From: an uncultured bacterium
GTDB lineage: Bacteria; Chlamydiota; Chlamydiia; Chlamydiales; CAZBXE01
Reading direction: 5' to 3'
DNA: 64,000 bases
NCBI GenBank assembly: GCA_964496125.1
Contig: CAZBXE010000004.1
Span: 3,707 to 67,706 of the forward strand
How positions within the stretch are numbered: position 1 is the stretch's first letter; each line of letters starts with the position of its first letter. The notes beneath the pieces were generated by a model, which was not told where the DNA came from, searched no databases, and saw nothing but the letters and a program-made list of their open reading frames with translations. Both the position numbers and the translations under genes were made by a program. This document shows, one piece after another, positions 16,824-25,685 of this stretch.

Positions 16824-19764
16824 CCTTCTTTTGGAAGCGACTTAAGTATTTATCTACTGCTTTTCGGTAGATGCTGGCTTGGAGATAATAGCCATTTTCG
16901 AGCATTGCCTCATGGATTGCATCTTTTGTATACATTTCAGGAGAATCGCCCAGCCAGTTACTTTTCCAGTCGATGAGATAGATTTTATCGTTATGCTGGA
17001 GCACAACATCGATAAAACCTTTTAAGTAGCCATTGTCTTCCTGATGAAAAAATTCCATCTCTTTAAAGATGTTTTCTTCCTTACAATCGATCAGACGGAA
17101 GCCATCAAGAGGAGCTCTAAGTGTGTAAAAAATCATATCAGCAATTTCTTTTTCATGCCCTTCTAGCTCGGTTTGGAAGGTTTTTTTTTGAATCAAAGGC
17201 AGGCAGTCTTCTGGCTTTTGGACGTTTCCGAACGTAATTGTTTCAAAAATTTCATGGAGGATGGTTCCTGTTTCAGGTCCTGCTGGGAGAGCATTTTGAG
17301 GGATATTTCGTTTAAAACTATGCACATTTTCTCTTGTAAGTGCTGTAAAGGATTGGATCGGACACGGGGCGAGAAGGGGCACTTGTGGGGCACGGTAGAT
17401 AAGAGGAGGGATTGCTTCAGCTGTTTTATTTTCAAGTAGAGTAACTGCTTCTTTCACGTAGGAAAGGCTCATATGTGGCTGGCTTTCTACAAACTCCTTA
17501 AAGTTCAAAAAGCCCGCTGTGAACATCTCAAGAGGGGATTCTCCGGTATCTTCTTCTTCGAGTAAAGGAATATAGAGCCTTTGTTTGGCTCTTGTAAGGG
17601 CAACGTAAAGAAGACGCATTTTTTCAGCATCAACTTCCATTTTTTCAAGAGGAGGAATCTCTTGTTTTGGCGATTTGACAAGGAGACCCAACGGAAAGAC
17701 GATATCAAATTCAAGGCCCTTACTCATGTGTAGGCTTAAAATTTGGACGTTATTCTGCAGGGGGTCTTGCGCAATGGTTAGATCTTCGTCCTCCTCGAGT
17801 TCCGCAAGTTTTACTTCAGGATCTTCTCGAGACGTTGTAAGGATGTCGCCAAGTTGCAAGAGTTCATCATAAAATTGAGCTCCTCCCTCTTTTTGTAAGA
17901 GCTTTTCTTCGCAGACGGCCGCGCGTAAAAGAGCGGCGACTCCTTCCTCCTCCCAAATTTTTTTATAGTTGTAAAAGATGTCTACAATAGAAAGTTCTTT
18001 TTCTGGATGCTTAAGTTCGTGCAACTCCTCCAGGCTCCAGCCAAAAATTTGACCTCCTAGAGCCCTTTTGAGGGCGCTTTTATCGCGTATATTACGAAGA
18101 GAAACAAAAAAATCTCTTAATGCGGGCAGCGCACTTGATCTGGCAAGAGGTTTTTCCCTCTGTAGAAGTGCTGGCAACCCATTTTTTTCTAAAAATTTAG
18201 CGCACCTTTCACCCTGGAAGCGATCGCGCACCAAAAGCGCGCAGGAGCTTAAAGGTATATGGTCTTCGATGCTGTGTTTTCTAAAACGGGCGCAGATATC
18301 TTCTAAAAACGCTTCTTCTTCTGTTCCTACAAGGATATGCACCGGGGCATGTGTATCAGATTGGATCACTTTTACGTCTTTAGCACCTGCCTTCACAGGA
18401 TAATAGGGAAGGGTTTTCCCTTCTCTTGGAAGACCTAGGAAGGGATTTTTTGTAAAAAGGGCATTCAGAGCCTCAATCATCTGGGGAGTTGATCTGTAGT
18501 TTGTATCCAAAGAATACACGTTTTCCATTTTTTCTTTTGCGTGCAAATAGGTATACAAATCCGCTTGCCGAAAGGCATAGATCGACTGCTTAGGATCCCC
18601 AACTAGATAGAGATACCCCTTCCACGTAGCAGTAAGAAATGCTTTTTCAAAAATTTCCCATTGAAGAGGATCTGTATCTTGGAACTCATCTACAATCGCA
18701 GCTTTGTAACTTGTTTGTACATTTTGCAAAAATGAGGGTCTATTGAGGTTGCTTGCCATCTTCTCTAGAAGTGTGTCAGGAAGCAATTGCTCCTCTTTTT
18801 CAAGCTGCTTTTTTAAGGCCCTTTGCCCTTTCGAGGCAAGCTGTGCTAAAATAGCGGAGGGGCTCCTTGCTTCTTCTATAAGAAGAACTAGTTCATGAAA
18901 AGAAGGCGTAAGGGTAACTGTAGGGGCAGACTCCCCTTTTTTTCCTTTCTTTTTGTTTTCGTTTGCAAAAAGTTTTCCAATCACAACACCTTCTTCCATG
19001 AGCGTTTCAAAATGGTGTTCTGTAACATGAGGCTCTTGAAGAAGAGTGAAAAAATTTTCTATTTGGACAAGAGACTCCTCGTTTAGGCCTTTGTAAAAGG
19101 GGGTTGCCTCTTCGATTTCATGTCTAAATGATTCGCTATCTATTTCTGTTTTTAACTTTTGCAGGGTCAATTGGAAATGGGAAAAAAGCTCCTGGAAGCT
19201 TCTCGGTGCGCGGATTTCTTCCCGTTTTAAAACAGCATCTACGAGGGCTTTCATAAGCTTTTTTTCTTCGTAGCCAAACTGTCTTGCAAGTAAATCTAAC
19301 TGCTTTTTATGCAAGTCTGCTGCTTCTGTGCGGAGAAGATCTTTTACAAGGATGGGTACGAGTTTTTGATGAACTAGCTCCTCCTCATCTGGTATTTCGA
19401 GAGTCATATTCGCTTCGATGGGACATTCTCGCAGCATTTTGGCAGCAAAGCCGTGGATGGTTAGAATCGATGCTTCTTCGAAATAGGCAAGGGCAAGCTG
19501 CAATCTTTTTTTTGTAAGAAGGCATAGGGTCTTATGAAGGGCGTCTGTTAGAGTTTTATGGATCCGTGTGCGAAGCTCTCTTGCCCCTTTTCTTGTAAAG
19601 GTGACCACAAGAATTTCTTGGATTTGAAGAGGTTTATCCCCTTCTGTGATGAAGCGGAGAACAAGGTTTTCAATGGCGAAGGTCTTTCCTGTGCCTGCAG
19701 AGGCCTCTAGAAGGGCTTTTTGAAAAATTGGCTGGTTTGGATTTAAGACATCAAACGTCTGCAT
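16744..19764 (-). CDS. recB: Exodeoxyribonuclease V beta subunit RecB
   Basis: 1006 aa. UvrD-type helicase motifs (EASAGTGKTF, VDEFQDT) plus a C-terminal PD-(D/E)XK nuclease region (GFIDVV...DWKSN). Confidence 0.9.
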   Translation of the reverse strand: MQTFDVLNPNQPIFQKALLEASAGTGKTFAIENLVLRFITEGDKPLQIQEILVVTFTRKGARELRTRIHKTLTDALHKTLCLLTKKRLQLALAYFEEASILTIHGFAAKMLRECPIEANMTLEIPDEEELVHQKLVPILVKDLLRTEAADLHKKQLDLLARQFGYEEKKLMKALVDAVLKREEIRAPRSFQELFSHFQLTLQKLKTEIDSESFRHEIEEATPFYKGLNEESLVQIENFFTLLQEPHVTEHHFETLMEEGVVIGKLFANENKKKGKKGESAPTVTLTPSFHELVLLIEEARSPSAILAQLASKGQRALKKQLEKEEQLLPDTLLEKMASNLNRPSFLQNVQTSYKAAIVDEFQDTDPLQWEIFEKAFLTATWKGYLYLVGDPKQSIYAFRQADLYTYLHAKEKMENVYSLDTNYRSTPQMIEALNALFTKNPFLGLPREGKTLPYYPVKAGAKDVKVIQSDTHAPVHILVGTEEEAFLEDICARFRKHSIEDHIPLSSCALLVRDRFQGERCAKFLEKNGLPALLQREKPLARSSALPALRDFFVSLRNIRDKSALKRALGGQIFGWSLEELHELKHPEKELSIVDIFYNYKKIWEEEGVAALLRAAVCEEKLLQKEGGAQFYDELLQLGDILTTSREDPEVKLAELEEDEDLTIAQDPLQNNVQILSLHMSKGLEFDIVFPLGLLVKSPKQEIPPLEKMEVDAEKMRLLYVALTRAKQRLYIPLLEEEDTGESPLEMFTAGFLNFKEFVESQPHMSLSYVKEAVTLLENKTAEAIPPLIYRAPQVPLLAPCPIQSFTALTRENVHSFKRNIPQNALPAGPETGTILHEIFETITFGNVQKPEDCLPLIQKKTFQTELEGHEKEIADMIFYTLRAPLDGFRLIDCKEENIFKEMEFFHQEDNGYLKGFIDVVLQHNDKIYLIDWKSNWLGDSPEMYTKDAIHEAMLENGYYLQASIYRKAVDKYLSRFQKKVEGIYYLFLRGIDKTQKNGIYHVRDC

Positions 19765-22700
19765 TCTCTTTACCTATTTTTTTTGCCATGATGGGGAACC
19801 AGTTTTCTAGGCACTCTCCAAACATTTTTTTTGTCATTTGCTCCCAGAAGATGAGGTCGTCTTCTTCAAAATGGGGCTCCTGTTCTCCAAAACAGTAGTA
19901 AATGTAGGCATTAGAAGCGCTTTTATTTCCTTCCCCTCGCATGAAGCCAGAAAGCCACTCAGGAATAAGAGGAGAGGGGGTGTGCAAGCATTTTTGATAG
20001 TAGGCAGCATACTGGAGAAGATGGGCTTTTGGATCTTTTAGAAAGGCATGCTTTGGGCTTGTGTGCTTTGTTAAAAGAAGCGATTTTTTTGGGGCAATCT
20101 CCTCAGGAAGGCAGCAGAATACGAGATACTCAGGCCAGATTTTTGCAATGTCTGGAAGAAGGTTTCTCCCTTCTCTTACAAGACCATTTGGAGTCACTTG
20201 GGGCAGCTTTCCAATAATCGTGAGAGAATCAGAAAGTTTTAGGTTGATGTCTAAAGTGCTAAACTCCTCTGGCTTTGTGCCCATTTTTTTTAGGTTAGAC
20301 CTGATTTCTTTCTCCTCTTCTTCGATCCGCATCTTGGCAAGAGGGGTAAAGGCCCCCCAAGGAAGGCTTGCTTGGCTGAGCACTTCTTTTGTCGGCGTGT
20401 TTAAAGTCTTCCGGCGAAGAATAGCGTGGCCTAGGTTGTCGAGTAAGATAGGCTCATCGTTTCTTAGTGGTTTTTTATTTTTCAGGTACATCCCGAGAGT
20501 CTCATTGAAATAGAGCTGCAGGGGATTGCGGGCTGCTTTTATAAGCTCCTCCAGTAAAAGCGTTTTTATTTCTTCAGGTGGAGCAGTTGGCAATGGTTTG
20601 AATCTTTTGAGAACGCGGTGGGGAACTTTTTCCTTTGCAAGAAGTGCCTTTGCCGACGTAAAATCCTTTTTGGAAAAGTTGACGAGCTTTCCTCCGGTGA
20701 AATATTTGGGGTCGTAGGAATGGAAAGGATGGGAAAAAAAACATTTTTCCTTCGAAACTTGTTGAAGAATCTCATCAACAAGGGGAGACCTTGCAGCTTC
20801 TTCGTTCTCTTTCGTGTAGAAGAGAAGAAAGAACGCTCTTGCCGAGATCAGGCTTGTAAGAAAAAGGTCTTTGTCGAGATCGGATTTTTTAGGATAAGGG
20901 GTCGCTTTTAGCAGGTCTAAGGTCGTTGTTTCTTCTTTGCGAGGAAACACTCCTTCATTCATGCCGAGCATGCAGATCACAGCTGCAGGAGTGCGCGGCA
21001 TCGACTGTGTGGAGCAAAACATGATCACTTCTGTGCAGTGTTCATGGACACCGCTTTTTGGCTCAGTGAGCCTGCGGGTCCAATGTCGTACAAGCGAACA
21101 TGCAGGGAAAGAGCCTTTTTCTTTGATTGCGGCAAGCTTTGTGAGCTCTGTTTTCAGTTTTTGGTATTCAGGAGAGGCAGTCGCAAGATATCCTTCAGCT
21201 AAAGAGAGAAGATAGTGACCAAAAACTTCTGTTGTGAGAATAAGGTTTTTTTCTAGGGGAGCAATATCTTCCTTAAGGGATCGAAGCAGGAAGATCACCT
21301 TTCCTACGAGCTCGGCATCCGTAAAAGGAATCGCTCCCTCTTTTTTGCAAAGTCCAAGAAGAAGTTTTTCAGCACATTCACTAAATGTGCCCACGTTACT
21401 TTTTTCTACCATCTCCTTATCATGATGGGCCCTTGTAAGGATTTCATTGCGGTGTCCAAAATCCTCTCCCCATTTTACCTCTGTTTTTTCAAACCACTCT
21501 TCTAGTTGCGATACATCTTCTCGAGAGAGATTGTGGCGAGCTTGAAAGAAGGGGGAGCGGAAAATTTTTAGAATAGAGATCACATCAAATCTTGCTGATG
21601 CAAGGCTTAAAAGGTGGAGGAAATCATCGATGCATCTGTTTTGCAGAAAAGCACTTATACCTTGAATTTGATAGGGAAGTAAGCTATCGCTTGCTCCAAA
21701 GATAGCTTGGATGTAGGGAGTGTAGGCATCAATGTCCGGGGTCATCACCAGCACATCTTTGAGATGGGGGTGCGGAAGAGACAAAAGTGTGTTATAGAGA
21801 ATTTCCACCTCGCGCCGCCTGGAGCTTGCTTCATGGATCTGAAGGGAGGGGATTTCTTCTGTACACTCTTTTTGAGAAGAAGGCTCTGCAAACAGGAGCT
21901 CATTTTGAAGGGTATGAAGTAGACTAGATCTTTTTTGTTGCTGAAAGTCTTCCCTGCCTATTTCCAGCTCTTTGCAAAGCATTCTTCCAAGCCCCCCAAA
22001 GTTTCCAAGGAGTGTGTTTTTATCTACACTTAAAGCTTCTAGGTTTTCCATTTGAGAGGGGGACAGTTTGTTTTGAAACCATCTGGCTTCTTTTTGTCTC
22101 TCCTCTTTGTCGCTTCCCAGGTCTCCCCAGTAGACGCCGCAAGGGCTGAGAAGGTAGAAGAAAACATCACTTTTACTTCTTTGGAAGAAATGAAGCTGAT
22201 CTTTGGGAAGATGGGAGAGACAAAATAGATGGATTTCAGGGCCTTCTTTGGAGAGGGTTTCCCCTAAGAGGAGTTTGCCGAGGCAGGTTGATGGGGGAGA
22301 GAAAATCTTTCTAAAAAGTGCATTTTGCCAGCCTATCCCCTTCTCGACTGTAGTAAATGCGTAAGTTGCATATTTCTGGAAAAGAGTGGCAAGGGTTTCG
22401 GCAAGAGGAGGTAGCCTTTTTTCTGTAAGATAGCAAATGAGCTCTTCAGGAGGTGTCGCGCGAAGTGTAGACTCGATTCTTAAGGTGAGTTCAAAAGAGC
22501 TTAAGAGATGCTGATCTGTTTCCTTGAGAAGCAGCTGTTCAAGCGAGGATTCGAGATAGTCAATTGTAAGACCAAACATGATTTTTAATTCTTCATCCTC
22601 AGCCATTTTCTTAAAAAGCCAGAGGCGCATCATTTTGGAAGGAACAATGATCATCCGTTTCCGAAAGGGATCGGAAGATTGTAAAATTTTATCTTTAAGA

Positions 22701-22786
22701 AAGGTGAAAAGCCTTTCTTGCTCGTTGCTAGCTAGAACTTCCATGTCTTTGGTGGGAGTATAGTTCACCCTCAGGAAAGAGCGCAA
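19751..22786 (-). CDS. recC: Exodeoxyribonuclease V gamma subunit RecC
   Basis: 1011 aa, sited immediately upstream of recB with a 14-nt overlap. Size and position fit RecC, and the N-terminus is RecC-like (RMIIVPSKMM). Confidence 0.8.
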   Translation of the reverse strand: MRSFLRVNYTPTKDMEVLASNEQERLFTFLKDKILQSSDPFRKRMIIVPSKMMRLWLFKKMAEDEELKIMFGLTIDYLESSLEQLLLKETDQHLLSSFELTLRIESTLRATPPEELICYLTEKRLPPLAETLATLFQKYATYAFTTVEKGIGWQNALFRKIFSPPSTCLGKLLLGETLSKEGPEIHLFCLSHLPKDQLHFFQRSKSDVFFYLLSPCGVYWGDLGSDKEERQKEARWFQNKLSPSQMENLEALSVDKNTLLGNFGGLGRMLCKELEIGREDFQQQKRSSLLHTLQNELLFAEPSSQKECTEEIPSLQIHEASSRRREVEILYNTLLSLPHPHLKDVLVMTPDIDAYTPYIQAIFGASDSLLPYQIQGISAFLQNRCIDDFLHLLSLASARFDVISILKIFRSPFFQARHNLSREDVSQLEEWFEKTEVKWGEDFGHRNEILTRAHHDKEMVEKSNVGTFSECAEKLLLGLCKKEGAIPFTDAELVGKVIFLLRSLKEDIAPLEKNLILTTEVFGHYLLSLAEGYLATASPEYQKLKTELTKLAAIKEKGSFPACSLVRHWTRRLTEPKSGVHEHCTEVIMFCSTQSMPRTPAAVICMLGMNEGVFPRKEETTTLDLLKATPYPKKSDLDKDLFLTSLISARAFFLLFYTKENEEAARSPLVDEILQQVSKEKCFFSHPFHSYDPKYFTGGKLVNFSKKDFTSAKALLAKEKVPHRVLKRFKPLPTAPPEEIKTLLLEELIKAARNPLQLYFNETLGMYLKNKKPLRNDEPILLDNLGHAILRRKTLNTPTKEVLSQASLPWGAFTPLAKMRIEEEEKEIRSNLKKMGTKPEEFSTLDINLKLSDSLTIIGKLPQVTPNGLVREGRNLLPDIAKIWPEYLVFCCLPEEIAPKKSLLLTKHTSPKHAFLKDPKAHLLQYAAYYQKCLHTPSPLIPEWLSGFMRGEGNKSASNAYIYYCFGEQEPHFEEDDLIFWEQMTKKMFGECLENWFPIMAKKIGKENADV

Positions 22787-22794
22787 CAGTCGTG

Positions 22795-22823
22795 TTGCAA
22801 AAATAGCCCTGATCTTGTAAAAT
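22795..22823 (+). promoter_or_regulatory. Candidate promoter of tRNA-Ala: TTGCAA-N17-TAAAAT
   Basis: Read directly: -35 at 22795-22800 and -10 at 22818-22823, about 37 nt upstream of the tRNA 5' end. Confidence 0.45.
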
Positions 22824-22860
22824 CGGCCCCGTATTCAGGTAGTTTTTTAGGTTGTTTTCC

Positions 22861-22933
22861 GGGGCGTTAGCTCAGTTGGTAGAGCGCAACAATGGCATTG
22901 TTGAGGCCAGCGGTTCGAACCCGCTACGCTCCA
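22861..22933 (+). tRNA. tRNA-Ala (anticodon GGC)
   Basis: Hand-folded cloverleaf. Acceptor GGGGCGT/ACGCTCC with the G3:U70 Ala identity pair, anticodon loop AT-GGC-AT, T-loop GGTTCGAAC. CCA is not encoded. Confidence 0.9.
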
Positions 22934-22949
22934 ACTCGGATTTTGAACC

Positions 22950-24440
22950 ATGCGCATTCTTCTTGTTCTTTTTTTTTCTTTTGCTTTTCCTCTTTTTGCC
23001 ACTCTACAAGAGTGTCAGAGACTGCGTGAGATCTTGCCTCTTATTGAGCAAGATACCTTAGTTGTTTTTAACATCAACAACGTGCTAACCCTAGCCGCGC
23101 AAGATGCTGGTTCCACCCCTTGGGCAGAGGAGCAGATTGCCCGGATCATGCAGGAAAAAGGCGTTTCCAAGGCCCACGCTACAAACCTATTTATCCCCCC
23201 TTGGCATGATGTACTTTTAGCTACAGATGTAAGGCTATATGACCCTGAGGCAGAAGAAATTGTCTCGGATTTGCAGCATAAAGGCATAAAAGTGATGGCG
23301 CTTACCAACCGCTATATTGAAATGGCATACTGCACTCATAGGCAGCTTAGGTCGGTAGGAATTGACTTTGCGAAAAACGCTCCCTACCCTGAAGACTGTG
23401 TGATCACAGGGATAGAGAGTCCTGCTAAATATATTGAAGGAATCATCTTTAATGGCCTTATTAACTTTAAGGGGGATTCTTTAGCTGCCTTTATCCAGCA
23501 GATTCCCTTCAAGCCAAAGAAGGTCATCTACATTGAAGACAAGCCCAAACACTTGGCGCAAGTAGGAGAGAAGATTGCCGCTTTGGGTATTCCTTTTACG
23601 GGGGTCCATTTTGGTGCCTTAAGCGCCGAGAGGCAGTCGTACCGAGGCGAGCTTGCAGCCATTCAGCTGAAATTTCACAAAGACCTTTTGGATGATACCT
23701 CGGCAGCCTGTATTACCCAAACCGAATTTACGCAGCAACCAGCTGAAAAAAACGGAATGTCCTGCGTGGATTCGATAGAGGCTTTGCGAGAGGATCTCGT
23801 TCCTGGGGCCCTTGTTGTTACAGAACTTGATCACGTTCTCTGGAACAGTGCAGGGTATATAGGTTCGCGGGATTTTTATGAATCCGCCAAGAACGATCTC
23901 AAACTTATTGAAAAGATCTATAGAAGGGCAAAGGTCACGTTGATAGAAGAAAGCGCACCCGCTTTTTTTAGAGACTGTCAAGCTGTTGCTATCTCTTATC
24001 GGCCACAATCTCTTTTAGTGCGAACGAAAGAGCAAGCTGCTTCCTTTTCTCTTGAGTTTAATGCCCCTTTGTCTACGGGGATTTTCTGCACGGATAAAGA
24101 GGAAAGTCCAATTGCAAAATTGGAAAGAGATGTTTCTACGATGGAGAGAAAGCCAACTATGATCCTTGGGGTGGTCTCTTGCCCGGAAGATCTCTATCGA
24201 TTACAGGACATGGCAGAGCGTTTACAAATCCATTTTAAGGGATATCTATTCAAAAGGGATAAGGTGCTGATAGATAAGGCCGCAATCGATCTTCAGCTAG
24301 AATGCTTAGATCGCCTTCTTACAAATGAAGAAGCAGCCTATCTCTTCTCTTCCAGTCTAATAAAGTGTATGTTGTCTGCGAACCCTGGGTATCTTTTCAG
24401 GCAGTCAATGACCCCTCTCCAGTGGTTTTCTCCCTTGTAG
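22950..24440 (+). CDS. Secreted hypothetical protein with a HAD-like N-terminal domain whose motif I is degenerate, and a possible weaker second copy
   Basis: 496 aa with signal peptide MRILLVLFFSFAFPLFA. VVFNINNVL occupies the place of HAD motif I (hhhDxDxT), VMALTN resembles motif II and IYIEDKP resembles motif IV. A second, weaker copy begins at LVVTELDHVL. The fold assignment is tentative. Confidence 0.55.
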   Translation: MRILLVLFFSFAFPLFATLQECQRLREILPLIEQDTLVVFNINNVLTLAAQDAGSTPWAEEQIARIMQEKGVSKAHATNLFIPPWHDVLLATDVRLYDPEAEEIVSDLQHKGIKVMALTNRYIEMAYCTHRQLRSVGIDFAKNAPYPEDCVITGIESPAKYIEGIIFNGLINFKGDSLAAFIQQIPFKPKKVIYIEDKPKHLAQVGEKIAALGIPFTGVHFGALSAERQSYRGELAAIQLKFHKDLLDDTSAACITQTEFTQQPAEKNGMSCVDSIEALREDLVPGALVVTELDHVLWNSAGYIGSRDFYESAKNDLKLIEKIYRRAKVTLIEESAPAFFRDCQAVAISYRPQSLLVRTKEQAASFSLEFNAPLSTGIFCTDKEESPIAKLERDVSTMERKPTMILGVVSCPEDLYRLQDMAERLQIHFKGYLFKRDKVLIDKAAIDLQLECLDRLLTNEEAAYLFSSSLIKCMLSANPGYLFRQSMTPLQWFSPL

Positions 24441-25381
24441 ATAGAGAAGCCCTTGTCAGGATCAAATATAAACCCAAGACTTTCTGTAGCCTTGATATAT
24501 GTCACCGCATCTGATGAGCCTTCTGATGAGTCTTTAGATAGAGGAATGAAATAACAGCCTGGCTTAAGATGTTTTATTTTTTCTTCCGATTTTTCCTCAA
24601 TGCGCATTTTTAAAGGAAAGCCTAGTATTTCAGTGGATGTTGCTTTGATGTCAATTCGCTCTTTCCCTGTCACTTTGACTAGGTCAAAGAGGTGGTTATA
24701 AATGCTTGGAGTTTGGAAAAGAGAGGTAATCGTATTGAACAGACTCTTATTAGGCGTGGCATTAAAGCTTTTGTTGAGAGTTTCGAGAACAAGAGGAGCT
24801 TCATCGCTGCCATTTGTATAGAGCGTGGAGAGAGACCGAAAGATCATTTCGGGGTCTTCTTCCTTTTTGAGAAGATGGAGGTAGAGAGCTGCAAGCCATA
24901 GGCTTTGCCCAAAACGAACCTGAACGTGATCTAAGAAGTGAGCTTCGTTAGCACCGGTAAGGTGGTAGCCTGGGAAAAGAGTGTTTGCTTCATCTCTATA
25001 CAAGGTATTTCTTAACTCTGAATGCAGGGTTTGGAAACTTGCAATACCTCTACTCGAGGAAATGAGATGTATGCAGGTGATGACTCGGGTACGACCCATG
25101 ACAGCTTGAAAGATGTGTCGTCCTATAAGGACAAAGATTTGAAGAAACACTCTTCCTGATTCACTTAAGGAACACTGCTTGATCTCTTGGTGGGCTGCCT
25201 TTATGGCGTGAAACCAAATAAGCGCTATCCTTCGTGGGAGAACAGAGGATTCTAGGCCGAAACGAAAAATAAACCCTAAAGGCCCTGGTTTTGTGTAGCA
25301 TCTGTTGAGCCAATTTAACGAGGTATCGTAGTTAGCTGCTGCTTTTTTGATATCGAGTATATCGCGCAAATTCGGCACCAT
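24338..25381 (-). CDS. Hypothetical protein (orphan)
   Basis: 347-aa ORF. Its 3' end overlaps the convergent 496-aa gene by 103 nt. C-terminal motif GFIFDPDKG. No family confidently recognised. Confidence 0.5.
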   Translation of the reverse strand: MVPNLRDILDIKKAAANYDTSLNWLNRCYTKPGPLGFIFRFGLESSVLPRRIALIWFHAIKAAHQEIKQCSLSESGRVFLQIFVLIGRHIFQAVMGRTRVITCIHLISSSRGIASFQTLHSELRNTLYRDEANTLFPGYHLTGANEAHFLDHVQVRFGQSLWLAALYLHLLKKEEDPEMIFRSLSTLYTNGSDEAPLVLETLNKSFNATPNKSLFNTITSLFQTPSIYNHLFDLVKVTGKERIDIKATSTEILGFPLKMRIEEKSEEKIKHLKPGCYFIPLSKDSSEGSSDAVTYIKATESLGFIFDPDKGFSIYKGENHWRGVIDCLKRYPGFADNIHFIRLEEKR

Positions 25382-25685
25382 GGGCTTCGATAGTAAGGTA
25401 AAATTGTTAAGATTGTGTGAAGACTCCCTTAGTTAGGGGAGGTGGCCTTTCCCTTTAGTCACATCCAGTTAATAGCAAGGGCTTTTAGGTGTTGGATGCA
25501 CAGGCTTTCTATTCCGAGAGCTAGCGCTTTTAGCACCATTTGTTTAGAGGAACTTGTTTCACTCAGCTTCGTCAAGCTGGCAGAGACTTTAACAAAAATA
25601 AGGAATTCATTCAAGTCCCAGTTTCCTTGTATGCGCAACTTTTCATTTCATTTGTGTATAAAGTAATCTCTTTTTCTAATTAATC

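Noticed and set aside
22852-23061. ORFs overlapping tRNA genes: 22852-23061 over tRNA-Ala and 54159-54377 over tRNA-Trp.
   Set aside because: The sequence folds into canonical tRNAs, so the ORFs are artefacts of open frames across tRNA and intergenic DNA.
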